From: Eledone cirrhosa
Lineage: Eukaryota
DNA: 64,000 nucleotides
Direction: 5' to 3'
Assembly (NCBI GenBank): GCA_964016885.1
Contig: OZ024744.1
Location: 99,944,001 to 100,008,000 of the forward strand
Positions 50,501 through 62,500 of this stretch are shown piece by piece. The first letter of the stretch is position 1, and each line of letters starts with the position of its first letter. Below the pieces are notes generated by a model that did not search any database, was not told the DNA's origin, and saw only the letters and a program-made list of their open reading frames with translations. A program made the position numbers and the translations under genes.

Positions 50501-53500
50501 GGTGGTGGGCATGGTTGGAGAGCTGTAAAGAAACAATAGATGGTGGGAGTTGTAGCACTGTAAATCAGGGTGGTGGGCATGGTTGGAGAGCTGTAAAGAA
50601 ACAATAGAAGGTGGTAGTTGTAGCACTGTAAAACAGGGTGGTGGGCATGGTTGGAGAGCTGTAAAGAGACAATAGATGGTGGGAGTTGTAGCACTGTAAA
50701 ACAGGGTGGTGGGCATGGTTGGTGAGCTGTAAAGAGACAATAGATCGTGGGAGTTGTAGCACTGTAAAACATGGTGGTGGGCATGGTTGGAGAGCTGTAA
50801 AGAAACAGTAGAAGGTGGTAGTTGTAGCACTGTAAAACAAGGTGGTGCGCATGGTTGGAGAGCTGTAAAGAAACAATAGATGGTGGTAGTTGTAGCACTG
50901 TAAAACAGGGTGGTGAGCATGGTTGGAGAGCTGTAAAGAGACAATAGATGGTGGTAGTTGTAGCAGTGTAAAACAGGGTGGTGGGCATGGTTGGAGAGCT
51001 GTAAAGAGACAATAGATGGTGGTAGTTGTAGCACTGTAAAACAGGGTGGTGGGCATGGTTGGAGAGCTGTAAAGAGACAATAGATGGTGGTAGTTGTAGC
51101 ACTGTAAAACAGGGCGGTGGGCATGGTTGGAGAGCTGTAAAGAAACAGTAGAAGGTGGTAGTTGTAGCAGTGTAAAACAGGGTGGTGGGCATCGTTGGAG
51201 AGCTGTAAAGAGACAATAGATGGTGGCAGTTGTAGCAGTGTAAAACATGGTGGTGGGCATGGTTGGAGAGCTGTAAAGAGACAATAGATGGTGGTAGTTG
51301 TAGCAGTGTAAAACAGGGTGGTGGGCATGGTTGGAGAGCTGTAAAGAGACAATAGATGGTGGTAGTTGTAGCACTGTAAAACAGGGTGGTGGGCATGGTT
51401 GGAGAGCTGTAAAGAGACAGTAGATGGTAGTAGTTGTAGCACTGTAAAACATGGTGGTGGGCATGGTTGGAGAGCTGTAAAGAAACAATAGAAGGTGGTA
51501 GTTGTAGCACTGGAAAACAGGGTGGTGGGCATGGTTGGAGAGCTGTAAAGATACAATAGAAGGTGGTAGTTGTAGCACTGTAAAACATGGTGGTGGGCAT
51601 GGTTGGAGAGCTGTAAAGAAACAATAGAAGGTTGTAGTTGTAGCACTGTAAAACAGGGTGGTGGGCATGGTTGGAGAGCTGTAAAGAAACAGTAGATGGT
51701 GGTAGTTGTAGCACTGTAAAACAGGGTGGTGGGCATGGTTGGAGAGCTGTAAAGAAACAATAGATGGTGGGAGTTGTAGCACTGTAAATCAGGGTGGTGG
51801 GCATGGTTGGAGAGCTGTAAAGAAACAATAGAAGGTGGTAGTTGTAGCACTGTAAAACAGGGTGGTGGGCATGGTTGGAGAGCTGTAAAGAGACAATAGA
51901 TGGTGGGAGTTGTAGCACTGTAAAACAGGGTGGTGGGCATGGTTGGAGAGCTGTAAAGAAACAGTAGATGGTGGTAGTTGTAGCACTGTAAAACATGGTG
52001 GTGGGCATGGTTGGAGAGCTGTAAAGAAACAGTAGAAGGTGGTAGTTGTAGCAGTGTAAAACAGGGTGGTGGGCATGGTTGGAGAGCTGTAAAGAAACAA
52101 TAGATGGTGGTAGTTGTAGCACTGTAAAACAGGGTGGTGAGCATGGTTGGAGAGCTGTAAAGAGACAATAGATGGTGGTAGTTGTAGCAGTGTAAAACAG
52201 GGTGGTGGGCATGGTTGGAGAGCTGTAGAGAAACAATAGATGGTGGTAGTTGTAGTACTGTAAACCAGGGTGGTGGGCATGGTTGGAGAGCTGTAAAGAG
52301 ACAGTAGAAGGTGGTAGTTGTAGCACTGTAAAACATGGTGGTGGGCATGGTTGGAGAGCTGTAAAGAGACAATAGATGGTGGTAGTTGAAGCACTGTAAA
52401 ACAGGGTGGTGGGCATGGTTGGAGAGCTGTAAAGATAACAATAGATGGTGGTAGTTGTAGCACTGTAAAACAGGGTGGTGGGCATGGTTGGAGAACTGTA
52501 AAGAGACAGTAGAAGGTGGGAGTTGTAGCACTGTAAGACAGGGTGGTGGGCATGGTTGGAGAGCTGTAAAGAAACAATAGATGGTGGTAGTTGTAGCACT
52601 GTAAAACAGGGTGGTGGGCATGGTTGGAGAGCTGTAAAGAAACAGTAGATGGTGGTAGATGTAGCACTGTAAAACAGGGTGGTGGGCATGGTTGGAGAGC
52701 TGTAAAGAAACAATAGAAGGTGGGAGTTGTAGCAGTGTAAAACAGGGTGGTGGGCATGGTTGGAGAGCTGTAAAGAGACAATAGATGGTGGTAGTTGTAG
52801 CACTGTAAAACAGGGTGGTGGGCATGGTTCGAGAGCTGTAAAGAGACAATAGAAGGTGGTAGTTGTAGCACTGTAAAACAGGGTGGTGGGCATGGTTGGA
52901 GAGCTGTAAAGAGACAATAGATGGTGGGAGTTGTAGCACTGTAAAACAGGGTGGTGGGCATGGTTGGTGAGCTGTAAAGAGACAATAGATCGTGGGAGTT
53001 GTAGCACTGTAAAACATGGTGGTGGGCATGGTTGGAGAGCTGTAAAGAAACAGTAGAAGGTGGTAGTTGTAGCACTGTAAAACAAGGTGGTGCGCATGGT
53101 TGGAGAGCTGTAAAGAAACAATAGATGGTGGTAGTTGTAGCACTGTAAAACAGGGTGGTGAGCATGGTTGGAGAGCTGTAAAGAGACAATAGATGGTGGT
53201 AGTTGTAGCAGTGTAAAACAGGGTGGTGGGCATGGTTGGAGAGCTGTAAAGAAACAATAGATGGTGGTAGTTGTAGTACTGTAAACCAGGGTGGTGGGCA
53301 TGGTTGGAGAGCTGTAAAGAGACAATAGATGGTGGTAGTTGTAGCACTGTAAAACAGGGTGGTGGGCATGGTTGGAGAGCTGTAAAGAGACAATAGATGG
53401 TGGGAGTTGTAGCACTGTAAAACAGGGTGGTGGGCATGGTTGGAGAGCTGTAAAGAAACAGTAGATGGTGGTAGTTGTAGCACTGTAAAACATGGTGGTG

Positions 53501-56500
53501 GGCATGGTTGGAGAGCTGTAAAGAAACAGTAGAAGGTGGTAGTTGTAGCACTGTAAAACAAGGTGGTGCGCATGGTTGGAGAGCTGTAAAGAAACAATAG
53601 ATGGTGGTAGTTGTAGCACTGTAAAACAGGGTGGTGAGCATGGTTGGAGAGCTGTAAAGAGACAATAGATGGTGGTAGTTGTAGCAGTGTAAAACAGGGT
53701 GGTGGGCATGGTTGGAGAGCTGTAGAGAAACAATAGATGGTGGTAGTTGTAGTACTGTAAACCAGGGTGGTGGGCATGGTTGGAGAGCTGTAAAGAGACA
53801 GTAGAAGGTGGTAGTTGTAGCACTGTAAAACATGGTGGTGGGCATGGTTGGAGAGCTGTAAAGAGACAATAGATGGTGGTAGTTGAAGCACTGTAAAACA
53901 GGGTGGTGGGCATGGTTGGAGAGCTGTAAAGATAACAATAGATGGTGGTAGTTGTAGCACTGTAAAACAGGGTGGTGGGCATGGTTGGAGAACTGTAAAG
54001 AGACAGTAGAAGGTGGGAGTTGTAGCACTGTAAGACAGGGTGGTGGGCATGGTTGGAGAGCTGTAAAGAAACAATAGATGGTGGTAGTTGTAGCACTGTA
54101 AAACAGGGTGGTGGGCATGGTTGGAGAGCTGTAAAGAAACAGTAGATGGTGGTAGATGTAGCACTGTAAAACAGGGTGGTGGGCATGGTTGGAGAGCTGT
54201 AAAGAAACAATAGAAGGTGGGAGTTGTAGCACTGTAAAACAGGGTGGTGGGCATGGTTGGAGAGCTGTAAAGAGACAATAGATGGTGGTAGTTGTAGCAC
54301 TGTAAAACAGGGTGGTGGGCATGGTTCGAGAGCTGTAAAGAGACAATAGAAGGTGGTAGTTGTAGCACTGTAAAACAGGGTGGTGGGCATGGTTGGAGAG
54401 CTGTAAAGAGACAATAGATGGTGGGAGTTGTAGCACTGTAAAACAGGGCGGTGGGCATGGTTGGAGAGCTGTAAAGAGACAGTAGATGGTGGTAGTTTGG
54501 TGCACTGTAAAACAGGGTGGTGGGCATGGTTGGAGAGCTGTAAAGAAACAATAGAAGGTGGTAGTTGTAGCTGTGTAAAACAGGGTGGTGGGCATGGTTG
54601 GAGAGCTGTAAAGAGACAATAGATGGTGGTAGTTGTAGCACTGTAAAACAGGGTGGTGGGCATGGTTGGAGAGCTGTAAAGAGACAATAGATGGTGGTAG
54701 TTGTAGCACTGTAAAACAGGGTGGTGGGCATGGTTTGAGAGCTGTAAAGAAACAATAGATGGTGGTAGTTGTAGCACTGTAAAACAGGGTGGTGGGCATG
54801 GTTGGAGAGTTGTAAAGAGACAATAGATGGTGGTAGTTGTAGCACTGTAAAACATGGTGGTGGGCATGGTTGGAGAGCTGTAAAGAAACAATAGAAGGTG
54901 GTAGTTGTAGCACTGGAAAACAGGGTGGTGGGCATGGTTGGAGAGCTGTAAAGATACAATAGAAGGTGGTAGTTGTAGCACTGTAAAACATGGTGGTGGG
55001 CATGGTTGGAGAGCTGTAAAGAAACAATAGAAGGTGGTAGTTGTAGCACTGTAAAACAGGGTGGTGGGCATGGTTGGAGAGCTGTAAAGAAACAGTAGAT
55101 GGTGGTAGTTGTAGCACTGTAAAACAGGGTGGTGGGCATGGTTGGAGAGCTGTAAAGAAACAATAGATGGTGGGAGTTGTAGCACTGTAAATCAGGGTGG
55201 TGGGCATGGTTGGAGAGCTGTAAAGAAACAATAGAAGGTGGTAGTTGTAGCACTGTAAAACAGGGTGGTGGGCATGGTTGGAGAGCTGTAAAGAGACAAT
55301 AGATGGTGGGAGTTGTAGCACTGTAAAACAGGGTGGTGGGCATGGTTGGTGAGCTGTAAAGAGACAATAGATCGTGGGAGTTGTAGCACTGTAAAACATG
55401 GTGGTGGGCATGGTTGGAGAGCTGTAAAGAAACAGTAGAAGGTGGTAGTTGTAGCACTGTAAAACAAGGTGGTGCGCATGGTTGGAGAGCTGTAAAGAAA
55501 CAATAGATGGTGGTAGTTGTAGCACTGTAAAACAGGGTGGTGAGCATGGTTGGAGAGCTGTAAAGAGACAATAGATGGTGGTAGTTGTAGCAGTGTAAAA
55601 CAGGGTGGTGGGCATGGTTGGAGAGCTGTAAAGAAACAATAGATGGTGGTAGTTGTAGTACTGTAAACCAGGGTGGTGGGCAGGGTTGGAGAGCTGTAAA
55701 GAGACAGTAGAAGGTGGTAGTTGTAGCACTGTAAAACATGGTGGTGGGCATGGTTGGAGAGCTGTAAAGAGACAATAGATGGTGGTAGTTGAAGCACTGT
55801 AAAACAGGGTGGTGGGCATGGTTGGAGAGCTGTAAAGATAACAATAGATGGTGGTAGTTGTAGCACTGTAAAACAGGGTGGTGGGCATGGTTGGAGAGCT
55901 GTAAAGAGACAGTAGAAGGTGGGAGTTGTAGCACTGTAAGACAGGGTGGTGGGCATGGTTCGAGAGCTGTAAAGAGACAATAGATGGTGGTAGTTGTAGC
56001 ACTGTAAAACAGGGTGGTGGGCATGGTTGGAGAACTGTAAAGAGACAATAGAAGGTGGTAGTTGTAGCAGTGTAAAACAGGGTGGTGGGCATGGTTGGAG
56101 AGCTGTAAAGAGACAATAGATGGTGGTAGTTGTAGCACTGTAAAACAGGGTGGTGGGCATGGTTGGAGAGCTGTAAAGAGACAATAGATGGTGGTAGTTG
56201 TAGCACTGTAAAACAGGGCGGTGGGCATGGTTGGAGAGCTGTAAAGAAACAGTAGAAGGTGGTAGTTGTAGCACTGTAAAACAAGGTGGTGCGCATGGTT
56301 GGAGAGCTGTAAAGAAATAATAGATGGTGGTAGTTGTAGCACTGTAAAACAGGGTGGTGAGCATCGTTGGAGAGCTGTAAAGAGACAATAGATGGTGGTA
56401 GTTGTAGCAGTGTAAAACAGGGTGGTGGGCATGGTTGGAGAGCTGTAAAGAAACAATAGATGGTGGTAGTTGTAGTACTGTAAACCAGGGTGGTGGGCAG

Positions 56501-59500
56501 GGTTGGAGAGCTGTAAAGAGACAGTAGAAGGTGGTAGTTGTAGCACTGTAAAACATGGTGGTGGGCATGGTTGGAGTGCTGTAAAGAGACAATAGATGGT
56601 GGTAGTTGAAGCACTGTAAAACAGGGTGGTGGGCATGGTTGGAGAGCTGTAAAGATAACAATAGATGGTGGTAGTTGTAGCACTGTAAAACAGGGTGGTG
56701 GGCATGGTTGGAAAGCTGTAAAGAGACAGTAGAAGGTGGGAGTTGTAGCACTGTAAGACAGGGTGGTGGGCATGGTTGGAGAGCTGTAAAGAAAAAATAG
56801 AAGGTGGGAGTTGTAGCACTGTAAAACAGGGTGGTGGGCATGGTTGGAGAGCTGTAAAGAGACAATAGATGGTGGTAGTTGTAGCACTGTAAAACAGGGT
56901 GGTGGGCATGGTTGGATAGCTGTAAAGAAACAGTAGAAGGTGGTAGTTGTAGCACTGTAAAACAGGGTGGTGGGCATGGTTGGAGAGCTGTAAAGAGACA
57001 ATAGATGGTGGGAGTTGTAGCACTGTAAAACAGGGTGGTGGGCATGGTTGGAGAGCTGTAAAGGAACAGTAGAAGGTGGGAGTTGTAGCACTGTAAAACA
57101 GGGTGGTGGGCATGGTTGGAGAGCTGTAAAGAAACAATAGATGGTGGTAGTTGTAGCACTGTAAAACAGGGTGGTGGGCATGGTTGGAGAGCTGTAAAGA
57201 AACAGTAGATGGTGGTAGTTGTAGCACTGTAAAACAGGGTGGTGGGCATGGTTGGAGAGCTGTAAAGAAACAGTAGATGGTGGTAGTTGTAGCACTGGAA
57301 AACAGGGTGGTGGGCATGGTTGGAGAGCTGTAAAGATACAATAGAAGGTGGTAGTTGTAGCACTGTAAAACATGGTGGTGGGCATGGTTGGAGAGCTGTA
57401 AAGAAACAATAGAAGGTGGTAGTTGTAGCACTGTAAAACAGGGTGGTGGGCATGGTTGGAGAGCTGTAAAGAGACAATAGATGGTGGGAGTTGTAGCACT
57501 GTAAAACAGGGTGGTGGGCATGGTTGGTGAGCTGTAAAGAGACAATAGATCGTGGGAGTTGTAGCACTGTAAAACATGGTGGTGGGCATGGTTGGAGAGC
57601 TGTAAAGAAACAGTAGAAGGTGGTAGTTGTAGCACTGTAAAACAAGGTGGTGCGCATGGTTGGAGAGCTGTAAAGAAACAATAGATGGTGGTAGTTGTAG
57701 CACTGTAAAACAGGGTGGTGAGCATGGTTGGAGAGCTGTAAAGAGACAATAGATGGTGGTAGTTGTAGCAGTGTAAAACAGGGTGGTGGGCATGGTTGGA
57801 GAGCTGTAAAGAAACAATAGATGGTGGTAGTTGTAGTACTGTAAACCAGGGTGGTGGGCAGGGTTGGAGAGCTGTAAAGAGACAGTAGAAGGTGGTAGTT
57901 GTAGCACTGTAAAACATGGTGGTGGGCATGGTTGGAGAGCTGTAAAGAGACAATAGATGGTGGTAGTTGAAGCACTGTTAAACAGGGTGGTGGGCATGGT
58001 TGGAGAGCTGTAAAGATAACAATAGATGGTGGTAGTTGTAGCACTGTAAAACAGGGTGGTGGGCATGGTTGGAGAGCTGTAAAGAGACAGTAGAAGGTGG
58101 GAGTTGTAGCACTGTAAGACAGGGTGGTGGGCATGGTTGGAGAGCTGTAAAGAAACAATAGAAGGTGGGAGTTGTAGCACTGTAAAACAGGGTGGTGGGC
58201 ATGGTTGGAGAGCTGTAAAGAGACAATAGATGGTGGTAGTTGTAGCACTGTAAAACAGGGTGGTGGGCATGGTTCGAGAGCTGTAAAGAGACAATAGAAG
58301 GTGGTAGTTGTAGCACTGTAAAACAGGGTGGTGGGCATGGTTGGAGAGCTGTAAAGAGACAATAGATGGTGGTAGTTGTAGCACTGTAAAACAGGGTGGT
58401 GGGCATGGTTGGAGAGCTGTAAAGAGACAATAGATGGTGGTAGTTGTAGCACTGTAAAACAGGGCGGTGGGCATGGTTGGAGAGCTGTAAAGAAACAGTA
58501 GAAGGTGGTAGTTGTAGCAGTGTAAAACAGGGTGGTGGGCATGGTTGGAGAGCTGTAAAGAGACAATAGATGGTGGCAGTTGTAGCAGTGTAAAACATGG
58601 TGGTGGGCATGGTTGGAGAGCTGTAAAGAGACAATAGATGGTGGTAGTTGTAGCAGTGTAAAACAGGGTGGTGGGCATGGTTGGAGAGCTGTAAAGAGAC
58701 AATAGATGGTGGTAGTTGTAGCACTGTAAAACAGGGTGGTGGGCATGGTTGGAGAGCTGTAAAGAGACAGTAGATGGTAGTAGTTGTAGCACTGTAAAAC
58801 ATGGTGGTGGGCATGGTTGGAGAGCTGTAAAGAAACAATAGAAGGTGGTAGTTGTAGCACTGGAAAACAGGGTGGTGGGCATGGTTGGAGAGCTGTAAAG
58901 ATACAATAGAAGGTGGTAGTTGTAGCACTGTAAAACATGGTGGTGGGCATGGTTGGAGAGCTGTAAAGAAACAATAGAAGGTTGTAGTTGTAGCACTGTA
59001 AAACAGGGTGGTGGGCATGGTTGGAGAGCTGTAAAGAAACAGTAGATGGTGGTAGTTGTAGCACTGTAAAACAGGGTGGTGGGCATGGTTGGAGAGCTGT
59101 AAAGAAACAATAGATGGTGGGAGTTGTAGCACTGTAAATCAGGGTGGTGGGCATGGTTGGAGAGCTGTAAAGAAACAATAGAAGGTGGTAGTTGTAGCAC
59201 TGTAAAACAGGGTGGTGGGCATGGTTGGAGAGCTGTAAAGAGACAATAGATGGTGGGAGTTGTAGCACTGTAAAACAGGGTGGTGGGCATGGTTGGAGAG
59301 CTGTAAAGAAACAGTAGATGGTGGTAGTTGTAGCACTGTAAAACAGGGTGGTGGGCATGGTTGGAGAACTGTAAAGAGACAGTAGAAGGTGGGAGTTGTA
59401 GCACTGTAAGACAGGGTGGTGGGCATGGTTGGAGAGCTGTAAAGAAACAATAGATGGTGGTAGTTGTAGCACTGTAAAACAGGGTGGTGGGCATGGTTGG

Positions 59501-62500
59501 AGAGCTGTAAAGAAACAGTAGATGGTGGTAGATGTAGCACTGTAAAACAGGGTGGTGGGCATGGTTGGAGAGCTGTAAAGAAACAATAGAAGGTGGGAGT
59601 TGTAGCACTGTAAAACAGGGTGGTGGGCATGGTTGGAGAGCTGTAAAGAGACAATAGATGGTGGTAGTTGTAGCACTGTAAAACAGGGTGGTGGGCATGG
59701 TTCGAGAGCTGTAAAGAGACAATAGAAGGTGGTAGTTGTAGCACTGTAAAACAGGGTGGTGGGCATGGTTGGAGAGCTGTAAAGAGACAATAGATGGTGG
59801 GAGTTGTAGCACTGTAAAACAGGGCGGTGGGCATGGTTGGAGAGCTGTAAAGAGACAGTAGATGGTGGTAGTTTGGTGCACTGTAAAACAGGGTGGTGGG
59901 CATGGTTGGAGAGCTGTAAAGAAACAATAGAAGGTGGTAGTTGTAGCTGTGTAAAACAGGGTGGTGGGCATGGTTGGAGAGCTGTAAAGAGACAATAGAT
60001 GGTGGTAGTTGTAGCACTGTAAAACAGGGTGGTGGGCATGGTTGGAGAGCTGTAAAGAGACAATAGATGGTGGTAGTTGTAGCACTGTAAAACAGGGTGG
60101 TGGGCATGGTTTGAGAGCTGTAAAGAAACAATAGATGGTGGTAGTTGTAGCACTGTAAAACAGGGTGGTGGGCATGGTTGGAGAGTTGTAAAGAGACAAT
60201 AGATGGTGGTAGTTGTAGCACTGTAAAACATGGTGGTGGGCATGGTTGGAGAGCTGTAAAGAAACAATAGAAGGTGGTAGTTGTAGCACTGGAAAACAGG
60301 GTGGTGGGCATGGTTGGAGAGTTGTAAAGATACAATAGAAGGTGGTAGTTGTAGCACTGTAAAACATGGTGATGGGCATGGTTGGAGAGCTGTAAAGAAA
60401 CAATAGAAGGTGGTAGTTGTAGCACTGTAAAACAGGGTGGTGGGCATGGTTGGAGAGCTGTAAAGAAACAGTAGATGGTGGTAGTTGTAGCACTGTAAAA
60501 CAGGGTGGTGGGCATGGTTGGAGAGCTGTAAAGAAACAGTAGATGGTGGTAGTTGTAGCACTGTAAAACAGGGCGGTGGGCATGGTTGGAGAGCTGTAAA
60601 GAAACAGTAGATGGTGGTAGATGTAGCACTGTAAAACAGGGTGGTGGGCATGGTTGGAGAGCTGTAAAGAAACAATAGAAGGTGGGAGTTGTAGCACTGT
60701 AAAACAGGGTGGTGGGCATGGTTGGAGAGCTGTAAAGAGACAATAGATGGTGGTAGTTGTAGCACTGTAAAACAGGGTGGTGGGCATGGTTGGAGAGCTG
60801 TGAAGAAACAGTAGAAGGTGGTAGTTGTAGCACTGTAAAACAAGGTGGTGCGCATGGTTGGAGAGCTGTAAAGAAATAATAGATGGTGGTAGTTGTAGCA
60901 CTGTAAAACAGGGTGGTGAGCATCGTTGGAGAGCTGTAAAGAGACAATAGATGGTGGTAGTTGTAGCAGTGTAAAACAGGGTGGTGGGCATGGTTGGAGA
61001 GCTGTAAAGAAACAATAGATGGTGGTAGTTGTAGTACTGTAAACCAGGGTGGTGGGCAGGGTTGGAGAGCTGTAAAGAGACAGTAGAAGGTGGTAGTTGT
61101 AGCACTGTAAAACATGGTGGTGGGCATGGTTGGAGAGCTGTAAAGAGACAATAGATGGTGGTAGTTGAAGCACTGTAAAACAGGGTGGTGGGCATGGTTG
61201 GAGAGCTGTAAAGATAACAATAGATGGTGGTAGTTGTAGCACTGTAAAACAGGGTGGTGGGCATGGTTGGAAAGCTGTAAAGAGACAGTAGAAGGTGGGA
61301 GTTGTAGCACTGTAAGACAGGGTGGTGGGCATGGTTGGAGAGCTGTAAAGAAAAAATAGAAGGTGGGAGTTGTAGCACTGTAAAACAGGGTGGTGGGCAT
61401 GGTTGGAGAGCTGTAAAGAGACAATAGATGGTGGTAGTTGTAGCACTGTAAAACAGGGTGGTGGGCATGGTTGGATAGCTGTAAAGAAACAGTAGAAGGT
61501 GGTAGTTGTAGCACTGTAAAACAGGGTGGTGGGCATGGTTGGAGAGCTGTAAAGAGACAATAGATGGTGGGAGTTGTAGCACTGTAAAACAGGGTGGTGG
61601 GCATGGTTGGAGAGCTGTAAAGGAACAGTAGAAGGTGGGAGTTGTAGCACTGTAAAACAGGGTGGTGGGCATGGTTGGAGAGCTGTAAAGAAACAATAGA
61701 TGGTGGTAGTTGTAGCACTGTAAAACAGGGTGGTGGGCATGGTTGGAGAGCTGTAAAGAAACAGTAGATGGTGGTAGTTGTAGCACTGTAAAACAGGGTG
61801 GTGGGCATGGTTGGAGAGCTGTAAAGAAACAGTAGATGGTGGTAGTTGTAGCACTGGAAAACAGGGTGGTGGGCATGGTTGGAGAGCTGTAAAGATACAA
61901 TAGAAGGTGGTAGTTGTAGCACTGTAAAACATGGTGGTGGGCATGGTTGGAGAGCTGTAAAGAAACAATAGAAGGTGGTAGTTGTAGCACTGTAAAACAG
62001 GGTGGTGGGCATGGTTGGAGAGCTGTAAAGAAACAGTAGATGGTGGTAGTTGTAGCACTGTAAAACAGGGTGGTGGGCATGGTTGGAGAGCTGTAAAGAA
62101 ACAATAGATGGTGGGAGTTGTAGCACTGTAAATCAGGGTGGTGGGCATGGTTGGAGAGCTGTAAAGAAACAATAGAAGGTGGTAGTTGTAGCACTGTAAA
62201 ACAGGGTGGTGGGCATGGTTGGAGAGCTGTAAAGAGACAATAGATGGTGGGAGTTGTAGCACTGTAAAACAGGGTGGTGGGCATGGTTGGTGAGCTGTAA
62301 AGAGACAATAGATCGTGGGAGTTGTAGCACTGTAAAACATGGTGGTGGGCATGGTTGGAGAGCTGTAAAGAAACAGTAGAAGGTGGTAGTTGTAGCACTG
62401 TAAAACAAGGTGGTGCGCATGGTTGGAGAGCTGTAAAGAAACAATAGATGGTGGTAGTTGTAGCACTGTAAAACAGGGTGGTGAGCATGGTTGGAGAGCT

